Assembly (NCBI GenBank): GCA_022813965.1
Contig: JALDZS010000027.1
Span: 1 to 64,000 of the forward strand
DNA length: 64,000 nucleotides
Reading direction: 5' to 3'
Source of the DNA: Toensbergia leucococca
Lineage: Eukaryota
Below the pieces are notes generated by a model. That model made no database searches and was not told the DNA's origin. It saw nothing but the letters and a program-made list of their open reading frames with translations. Below, piece after piece: positions 54,925 to 64,000 of the stretch. Both the position numbers and the translations under genes were made by a program. Each line of letters begins with the position of its first letter. Position 1 is the stretch's first letter.

Positions 54925-56163
54925 TCAGTAACCCCTCTTGCGATCCACAACATTGATTAGCTGTCCCCCTTGTTCCCTTCGCCTCAAGTTCACATCCAGC
55001 ACCTGGAACGCCCGCTCTGTATACGTAGTCCCATGCCCGCTGATATGCGGCGTGATGATACAATTCGGAGCATCCCACAACGGATCATCTTTGGGCAATG
55101 GCTCCGGGTCAGCGACATCCAGCGCCGCTCCCCTCAAGCCGCCGCCGCCGTCTTGGTGGTCGTTCTTGGCGCCCTGTTCGAGAGCGGCGATCAGGTCGGC
55201 TTGGTGAATGATCTGACCACGGGAGATGTTGGAGACAAAGGCGTTGCGTTTACCTAGGATCTCGAATTCGGGTGCGGCGAGAAAGTCCTTTGTTTGCGGG
55301 GTTAGGGGCACGCTGACGAGGAGGTGATCAATATCTTGAGAGAGAAAATGATGCAGGCTTTCCTTGTCCAGGCCGCTGTACCATTTACTGGGAATGGTTC
55401 CGTCGGGGTCGCCTGTACCACCAACGATAAAGCCCGTGTCCTTTTTGCTGGAGGGCGTGCTGCGCGGGGTGGCAGTGTAGGCGATGACGTCCATGCCCAT
55501 TGCGTGGGCGACTCGGGCGACTTGGCGGCCAATGCTGCCGTAGCCAAGGACACCTAGGCGCTGGTGGACATTATCGCGGACGGTCTCGAGCTCTGGACCG
55601 TCTTCTTCTTTTCCCCAGTGGTGGTGGGTTTGCCAGGTGTGGAGGAGGTCGTAATTGTGGGAATGAACGAGGTAGGTGAGGATGACCCATTCGGAGATTT
55701 GGGGACCGTGGATGCCCGAGGAGGTGGTGAGGGGGATACTGGTGGAGGTGTAAATGGGGGTGTTGGAGATATGGTTCGTGCCGGCGGAGGTGAAGTGAAT
55801 GAGTCCTTTTTTAGGGAGAAGAGAAGACGTTTAGTAGTGTTAGGGGAACGGAAGTGGGAGTGATAGTGGAGGTACCTAGTTTTGGGCAGTCTTCTGGGTT
55901 GGGGAGGGTGAAAGTGGTGACTAGAATTGTAGCATCGTGGTAGAGAGCTGAAGACAAAGTTAACCAGAGGAATGTCCCTCGGCTTGCTCGGCTTAGGGCA
56001 GGGTTATACCCTTGGGAACATCAGCGCCCCCTCTTGTTTGGTGGAAAGTAACTTTGATCTGCGGGTGGTTTTCCTTGATGCCATCGATGATTGCGGTGGG
56101 AATAGGGGAGGATAAAGTGATCAACATGTGCTCAGGCCCATGATCCGATCGTGATTCTCCCAT
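54925..56163 (-). CDS. D-isomer-specific 2-hydroxyacid dehydrogenase, spliced
   Basis: IHFTSAGTNH, TTSSGIHGPQISEW, Rossmann GVLGYGSIGRQVAR, VSVPLTPQT, NISRGQII, GAALDVADPEPLP and IITPHISG. Confidence 0.93.
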
Positions 56164-56718
56164 CTTGGTGACCTGGACGACACACTAAATGTCTTCAGAA
56201 ATGTCTCTGATCTTATGCCACCATGCACCCCACAAAGGTGACGACACATCTCGCCAACTAAGTCCCCACATTAAAGCGCCGATCCCGGGGAGAGACGGAG
56301 CTGTCTACGAGTATGAGCTAGACCAGCTATTTACTCTAGGGCAGATAAATCGATTGGTTGATGAAAGATACACACAGCTGAGTACGAGTAACCTTTAGGA
56401 AAACTTTTCTCTTCTTTCGAAACAATGCCCTGGGGGCTTAGGGAATATCTCCGTAACGCATACGAAGTATTTTGTGTCTCACAATGATGACCCATCACAT
56501 GTCACATTCAAATGAGCCAATGCTTCTTTGCTATTTCACCTCCTCTATTAAAATGGCACATTAATTGGAAACGGATTGATTTGAACCGGACAGAGACAGA
56601 AATGCTGGAAAGAAAACCAAAGCTTCCACCGTGTACTGTAAGGATGTAAAAACGCATGCTCGCTAATCATGGGGAATAGGAGGGCACAGAAAGTAGATAG
56701 CCACCCAAACTGGAAACA

Positions 56719-57783
56719 CTATATTGAATTCTCCATCGCCACTATTTCTTTGAAGTTCTCCGCAAATTTGGAAACATCGTGCTTAGTCGGTCGAGGCAAA
56801 GGCTTGCGTGCAAACCCTCCGTATCCAAAGTGTGTTTCCATTGCACTCTTGGTACCGACAATTCCACCCGTGATAGCAGCCCAATCACCACGAGCCACGA
56901 TGTCCTGAAGCTTTTTGGCCTCTGCCATCTTGCCAGCAGTATAGAGACTGATGAGCTTGACGCAAGCCTTTGGTGCGACATTCCCGAGGCCGCAAATTAT
57001 TCCAGAACCTCCAGCTACTAAAGTTTGAAGAGTAAAGTCGGCAGATCCGCCCATGCACATGAAACCGGAGCCGCTGTCCGAAGGAGTAGCAGCTTGTGTA
57101 GCCGCGGCAATCCTATTCAATTTTCCAGTATTACCACAGGTGAGCTTGCAGCCGACAATGTTGGGATGTTTGGCCAACTTGGTAATGACGTCCGAATCCA
57201 AATCGATTCCAGATACGGCACCTGGGTAATTGTAGATAAGGATTGGTATGGGCGATGCGTCAGCGACGTCTTGGAAAAACTCGAGAAATGCGTCTGGTGC
57301 GTAGTTCGACTTGTAATACGACGGAGGAAGAACCAGGGCAAAATCGCCGCCAGCAATGGATGCTTCGTGACAGAGTTCGACGGTCTCTCGAGTTGACTGG
57401 GTTCCGCAGCCAACGATGACGGGTAGAGAATGATAGCCTCCATTATCCAAAGCCCTTCGTGTAGTCTTGGTGACCAAATTTCTCTCTTGATGTGTAAGGT
57501 GAACCGCTTCGCCGTTCGAACCTTGTGTGGTGAGTCCAGAAACACCAGCTTTAGCCAATCGAATCGCATGATTGGCAACGGCGTCGAGGTCAAGGTCTTC
57601 AGTTGTAGCGTTAAAAAAAGCCACTGTAGGCACATAGATGCCCGGCCTGAGTGATCGATGTGTATGTGTGTCGTCAACAGAGGAAGCGGATGTGCTTTCA
57701 AACGAGTCACTGTATTGAGATTGTGAGTAGATGGAACCCACAATACTAGGATGCCGTGAAGGTGGATCAGTTTGTAAAGACAT
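56719..57783 (-). CDS. DapA/DHDPS-family class I aldolase (related to L-threo-3-deoxy-hexulosonate aldolase / HOGA-like)
   Basis: Single exon: LRPGIYVPTVAFF, QGSNGEAVHL, LVLPPSYY, IYNYPGAVSGIDL and the Schiff-base Lys in HPNIVGCKLTCG. Confidence 0.9.
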   Translation of the reverse strand: MSLQTDPPSRHPSIVGSIYSQSQYSDSFESTSASSVDDTHTHRSLRPGIYVPTVAFFNATTEDLDLDAVANHAIRLAKAGVSGLTTQGSNGEAVHLTHQERNLVTKTTRRALDNGGYHSLPVIVGCGTQSTRETVELCHEASIAGGDFALVLPPSYYKSNYAPDAFLEFFQDVADASPIPILIYNYPGAVSGIDLDSDVITKLAKHPNIVGCKLTCGNTGKLNRIAAATQAATPSDSGSGFMCMGGSADFTLQTLVAGGSGIICGLGNVAPKACVKLISLYTAGKMAEAKKLQDIVARGDWAAITGGIVGTKSAMETHFGYGGFARKPLPRPTKHDVSKFAENFKEIVAMENSI

Positions 57784-59306
57784 GATGCTGGGACGTTGGT
57801 TGATCAAATGCTTGATAAGGAAAAAGGAAGGATGGTATTAATGTGACTGGTAAGAGTAACGGGAAGGGAGGATTTAAATAGAGTCACTAATGTAACATGA
57901 GGCTAAAATATTACTCGTAGTCCACAAAAAACAGAGAGAAGAATACTCCGAGTAGAATACTCGAGTATTTAGTGAATGCTGTAGAGCTGAAGGGGTCCGA
58001 GCAATAACTAAGGTAGGTAAGGCGGGTGGGGGTGCCATGGTCGTCATTGCTCTGCTCTCCAGATTCCATGCACGGGGTCATGATCAACCAGAGGAAAACA
58101 TTGGAGCGAGATTAGCCAGCCCCGGGAACATACAAACAAGGTTCAGTTGCCCACGTGAGCGACGGCATCGGGAAAGATGTGCAAGGTACAACGGGCGGCA
58201 GGCAAGTGGGCAGTGTGCAGTGGCAGTGGGAGAGTGGCTTGAGTGAGTACTCCAGGTAAACTTTTGCACAAATGATAAGCCAGTTCGTGATCAACATTTC
58301 TCGTTCTTGGTGCAGCTGCAGGCTGCCGGGAGAAACCGATGAAAAGCCCAGATCGCGGCTACCTGCATCGACTCCACTCGGGCGGGCTCAGGGGAAGACA
58401 GTAGCGTGGGGGTGGCGGCTTTCTCCGACAGCAAGGTTGATGGATGATGGACGCCCGGGTGAACACGGCAGTTCAGCTCCAGCCGCTGTAAAAAAATTCA
58501 AGAGCCTAGGTAGGTCCTACGTACCCACTTACCTACCTATCTGTACCACCGAATCAGTCCTATGTACCTAAAATACGCCCTGAGCCGATGAGCCCAACGT
58601 GCATTGTGACACGCGCATTACATTCCCCCATTTCCTCAACACAATCTGGAAATTCTGCCCGGAGTCATCTACGATTGGCACTTGGCATACCGGCTAAATT
58701 CAGCGGAAGTGTTAGGCTGAAGTCACAATTCCCGACAAGTGTGGCTTGCAGGCCAGTACAACAGCCAGAGATCCTTGGATTGCCACCGTAACACCGACCT
58801 TTCCATCCAGCCCCTATCCCTCCGACGACGACAGTGTTTTTCATCCGAATCTGTGATTGATGAGCTGATCGGTCACACTCTGAAGCGCCATGCATTCCTG
58901 CATGTTAACGTAGCATCAATGACCACACCTTACGTGGAAGTCAAATCGTGCGACTGGGTACACGTGCATCATTCTGCAAAGTGTGTTTTCAACTGCACAA
59001 ATTCGCAAGCACGAGCGTGAGACCTTGTGATATAGGCTCAGTGTCTGCCATGGGTCGAGCACCTGTCCTGTCCTGTATGGAAGAGATGTTTTAGATTTTG
59101 CGTGGCTATTTACTGCATATTTGTTATAATAAATGACTGGACTAGACAACATGGCTACCTAGATTTTAGACTAGATAAGTGGTTAGAAGCAGAGATGGGG
59201 TTAATGTAGATGAGTGCTAGCTGGCCGACGGTGTTGGGCCTCAACAGCATGCCGGGATCAACAATTTCATTGTCAAAGTGGACTGCTTGCCATCAATGAT
59301 ATCTGT

Positions 59307-60771
59307 TCACCGAATTTCTTGCCGTCTTCTAAGCAATTCTGCCAGAGGTATATTGTCTTCATCGTAGAACTCTATATCTTCATCGACACCAAAGTCCTCG
59401 AGCCGATCGCCCTCGGAATCTCTCCAACCTTCTTCACCATCATTGCCATCATTGATGTCAGCATCTGGCTCAATTTCACTGTCCTGATGACCTCTGTCAT
59501 CGTAACGCTGATGGAACGGTTTGCGCCGAGACATCCATGCTTCTCTGCCATTAAAGCGTTTCAAGTCTTCTTCTTGTCTTCGACGGAATGCTTGCACTTG
59601 GTCCTGACCCGATGCTGAACACTCCGTGTGTGTGAACGCTTGATCGGGTTCGAGGAATCTCAATTTCCTTGGTATACGGTCAGGGTCTGGAGGAGGCCAC
59701 GAAACCGACGCATCTATTAAGTACTTGAGTTAAGCATGCTCAGGCTGTGAGGAGGAACAAACCACCTACCTTCAAATCCGTTGACTTCAAACCATAAACC
59801 GCTAGCGTTAGGCGGAGTTAAGGCTAGTGGGCATAGCCAGAAAAAGGCGGAGCTTCCCATTCCCTGCTTGATATTTTGCCATATCCCAACATCATACGGG
59901 AATTCCTGCTTCGCAATCTTCACTTTAATACCATCCGGTCCATCCAGACAGCCCCCTAAAGCTTTGGCTCGCCGAAGCAGTGTCTCATGCCGTTCAATTT
60001 CCCAACCTTCAATCATAGTAACGTTGGCCCCTAACGACCAAACAGTCCGGACTAGTAGCATTGAAAGAGCAAAGAGCATCAAAGAGTTGACAGCACCGAA
60101 GATGAAGAGAAAAATCATTACTGCAAAAGAAGGGCCGAGATACTATAATTGGTGGCTAAGTAAAGAGCAATTATGTGAACCTTAGGGCACGTACACTGGG
60201 TAGATGCCGGTTAGTCCATACAATGGACACTCGGAGGTACATTAAGTACTCCAAGTAAGCCATAGAAGTCACGGCGTAGAAGAGAAAGCGGATGAAATGA
60301 GGAAAAGTACGACTTGAGACGCAGTTGACCGTCCAAGGGCAATGGTGATCCATTTTTGGAATGCATCTGCAAGAGGCGCGTTATAAACGACAGAATTGGT
60401 AGCAACAAATGTTCATATAGGATGTACCTTTGGCAGGTCTTACAATGATGAGCACGTGGAGGTTTAAGAGCCTCACATCTTTTACACCACCGCTGCCTGT
60501 TTTCGTTGTGTTCATTTTGCTGGGGGGATACTCCATCTACCTTTAGGTCGCCTGGGATCCAGCCAGGTGGGACCCTCCCGGGATCAGTACAGCAAGCCCG
60601 AAGGTAGCATGTCCATATGCAAGCCACTAAGGCATTGAAAATAAATGCCTGACTCCACTCGAGTGACTGTGGTTCAGTATACCGAAAGAAGTATTGAGAA
60701 CCGTAGGCCAGAAACGCGATCAATGCGGTAACACTTGGCGGCGCGAGCTGCGAGATAGTGGGCAGATTCAT
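59307..60771 (-). CDS. PFA4: DHHC palmitoyltransferase, Pfa4-like, spliced
   Basis: TDPGRVP, RWCKRCEALKPPRAHHCKTCQR|CIPKMDHHCPWTVNCV, NVTMIEGWEIERH, QEFPYDVG, WPPPDPDRIP and acidic C-terminus EDNIPLAELLRRR. Confidence 0.93.
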
Positions 60772-61097
60772 TTAGCTACGAAGGGACATGACAGCACGAG
60801 CAGTTGAGGGTTGAAGATCCAAGGAAGGAAAAGTGAAGAGAAAAGAGAGAATAGAGACAAAATAAATACGGATAGATTTCTGATTAGATTTCGCGTATTT
60901 ATCCGTATTCTACTCGAAATAGTTCTAACAACTGCGCGCCTTTCAAGGACCCTCGGACATCAATATGAACAACAATTTATAAACGGAATATTCTCGTTGA
61001 TAGCACTGAGATCTCTTATCGATATCTGTACCTGTTTTATCATGTTATTATGCTGTTATGATCAACATCTGTATTGACTTTCCTCTCACCCGACAGC

Positions 61098-64000
61098 ATG
61101 CCAATTGCTGCTCTCGAGCCATCAACTATCCATGCAATTGGCTCCTCCCAGGTCCTCACAGATTCTGCTTCTCTAGTCAAGGAACTAGTGGAGAACTCCC
61201 TTGACGCCCAAGCTTCTTCCATATTCGTAGACATCTCTACAAACGCCCTCGAGGTCATTCAAGTCAAGGACAATGGCCGAGGCATCGCGCCTGACGACCG
61301 ACCGATGGTTTGCAGACGCCATTGCACAAGCAAGATCAGAAATCTAGAAGATCTTACAAGTATCGGAGGAACGTCTTTGGGATTCAGAGGCGAAGCCTTA
61401 GCGAGTGCGGCGGAGATGAGTGGGGCCATGCTAGTATCAACTAGAGTGGATGGTGAGGCGGTAGCTGTTACCGTGAGAGTCGGTAGAGATGGCTCCATAG
61501 AGAGGTGATTACGCCCTGATATCATTCCTCCAGGCTTTTCCAAGTTGATGTTGACAGTGAAGAGCGCGCATCCCATCCCGTCGGTACTACTGTACGCATT
61601 GTCGACTTCCTCAAAACCTTACCCGTGCGACGGCAGACTGCTATTAAGACATCGTCTAAATCTCTAGCTAAGATAAAAAGGGCATTACAAGCCTATGCTC
61701 TAGCTCGGCCATCCGTCAGATTTTCCTTGAAGGTTCTTAAAGCAAAGAACGATAAGATGAACTGGATGTATGCGCCCAAGACTGGGGCGACTGTCTTTGA
61801 CGCCGCAATAAAAGTGATAGACAAGAAGACTGTGGAGCAATGTCAGTGGATAGACTGGACATCAGGACCTGATAGTCATACCGAGCCTGCCTCAGCTGGT
61901 GTGAACGGGCAGAATTCGGTTCATGATAGCATTTACTCTGTTGAGGCCCTTTTACCCACACCTCAATGTGGTACGTATGGGTACGCAGTTCCAGTAACGT
62001 CTTTCTTTACTTACGAGTGCTAGCAGATATCTCAACTATCAGTAATTCTGGCCAGTACATTTCGATTGATTCAAGGCCTGTAGCCTGCACTCGCGGCACA
62101 CTGAAACAGATCATTAGCCTTTTCAAATCTTATCTTCGATCTGCTCGATCGTTGAACAATGGCGAAAAACTCGTAGATCCATTTCTGTGTATGAACATTG
62201 TCTGCCCACCAAGTAGCTACGACGCAAATGTTGAGCCCGCCAAGGACGACGTACTATTCATAGATGCTGATATCTTTATTAGGACTATCGAACAATTTTT
62301 CAAGAGTGTTTATGGAGCGCTGCTGGTTGTAAAATCTACGGTAGATCAGGTGAGGCAATCGGCGCCCAAATCTCGAGCCTTCGATCTTCTGCTCGCTAGG
62401 AAGCCGCCACCTACAGAAGATCGCGATGATCCAAACCGTTGTTGCAATGAGCAGGGGAAGCAGGATGATGGGTCAACTGCTATGAGGTCGCCACCTGTCA
62501 TTGGAAATGTCACTATTGCTACACTTGGAGATGTACCTCACACAGAAGAACAGACATCCCAGTTACGATCACTTCCGAGTGAAATGATGAGCAGAAACGA
62601 GGAATCTCCTGAAAGACTGGCAGCTCTAAAGCTACTTCCAGGTATTGGTGATAGCTCTATGAATGACGAACCTCCAATAAAAAAGAGGCGCACTTGGCAA
62701 CGGAACATGTATGAGGAAGACGAGGAAGAGATGACCTATTCCAACGCTGAGAACGGCGAGCTGGAAGATCTGACTCTGGGCGGGGAGATTGATGAAAGGG
62801 ATGCATTACGAGACATTGCAGTTTCAAACCCCTGGACATTTGCCAAAATGAACACATCAGTCCGTCCTGCACGAGTACAAAGAGATCTGGACACAAGCAA
62901 GAGCTTTGAAAATAATGGCCAACTTTTGACGCCATCACGTCAGAATGGTGAACGCCTGAACGGATTGAATTCTGCCCAGCGTCAACATACCGAAGACTTC
63001 CAACGCGGCTTACCAACCCCCAATAGATCCCGATTGTTGCCTTCATCTGTACTAGAGCCACAATCATCTCCATCGGAACGGTTTCCTTTTCCAAGTCGAG
63101 CCTGGGGAAAAGGAGATCGGGAGGCAATATCACGCAAGCAAAAGGAACAGGCTAGGGATCTTCAGGGTCACGGCGCTCTTGACACCTGGGTGCAAAAGTC
63201 TGTCGACGACGAGATACGTTTCCCTCGACCAGTCAGCGATTCTGATGACCAAACCCTTGCGAACAATGGAATTCTACCTAGCACCCGATCTAATGACTTC
63301 ATATCAGCACGCAATCTACCCACAGGAACCCCTCTAAGCGCCATTCCCTCTGTACCCCAAAGACCAAACCGCAAACCCATCCAACGAAAGCAGCACCACC
63401 AAAGCATCTCTAACCCCCCCTTCATCTCCCCCATCCATGATCCCTCAAGAGTCTGGTTCGAAATAGAACCCCGTCCCAAAGCCGCGCTCTCCCACCAAGA
63501 AGTCCTCTCGCAAACCGTCCGAAAGAGCATCGCAGCCACCGCCCCCCTTCCCTTCGCCAGCGAAGACGAAGACTCCGTCCTCGACTCCAGCCCGGAAAAG
63601 CACCCCCAAGCTCAACCAACTCATCCCGACCTAGAAACAACGATGGACTACGAGCACCGCAAAAAAGTCGCTGTCCAAAACCGAAAGGACTTTCTCCGCC
63701 GCCAGCAAAAAGCGCAATCAATCTCTCCTGCGCAAGACCCTGCCCCTTCCACACCACCCAAAACAACAACAGCAACATCACCCCACAAAAACCGCTATCA
63801 CGCCGCCCTCGCAGCCCTCTCCCCACATCTCGACCCCGCAGATCCAAGATCTCACCTCCTCCACCCAAAGAGAAGAAAAACAGCCCTCCTCCCCCTCGAA
63901 TCGACCCCGCAAGATGAATTCCTAACCCGCAACCTCACCCTCCCCCTCTCCACCCCGCCATCATCGGCGCTCAAAGCCACCGTCGTTGCACTCTGCCGCC
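61098..64000 (+). CDS. MLH2: MutL-family mismatch repair protein (MLH2-like), 3' end beyond the window
   Basis: MPIAAL...IGSSQVL...VKELVENSLDA, VKDNGRGI, CTSKI, LGFRGEALAS, HPVGTTV, YDANVEPAKDDVLF, SNPWTFAKMN and SPHKNRY; final exon open to the window end. Confidence 0.85.

Noticed and set aside
57117..57743. 208-aa alternative-frame ORF, and similar long antisense ORFs such as 7728-8489 and 19922-20488
   Set aside because: Shadow ORFs overlapping well-supported genes, explained by codon bias.

Overview
This is intron-containing genomic DNA from a filamentous ascomycete (Pezizomycotina, inferred from gene content and GT-AG introns with CTRAC/CTAAC branch points). I assembled about 24 protein-coding genes by hand from the ORF track plus splice signals. 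Most are conserved housekeeping genes: peflin PEF1, FAN1, ALG12, SEC66, NPL4, PPE1, a PAS hybrid histidine kinase, a CHS4/SKT5-like SEL1 protein, DSC4-like, PFA4 and an MLH2-like MutL gene running off the right edge. There are also two metallo-beta-lactamase-fold hydrolases, an MFS transporter, an SRPK-like kinase, a carboxylesterase, a D-2-hydroxyacid dehydrogenase and a DapA-family aldolase. The most unusual part is an apparent accessory block at about 10.9-19.6 kb, holding three genes. The first is a divergent Tpt1/KptA-like gene whose domain appears to continue past an in-frame TAG (TGG-TAG), a candidate for stop correction by A-to-I editing or readthrough, or else a pseudogene. The second is a chimeric gene joining a C2H2 zinc finger, an Est1/SMG-like helical domain and two tandem retropepsin-like domains. 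The third encodes a DUF6594 protein. Also present are a 491-bp hAT-like MITE, a 5-nt micro-exon, an APE-to-APK kinase variant and recurrent strand-independent C/A-rich to G/T-rich skew flips. No tRNA, rRNA or CRISPR array was recognised. All family calls come from motif recognition, not database searches.
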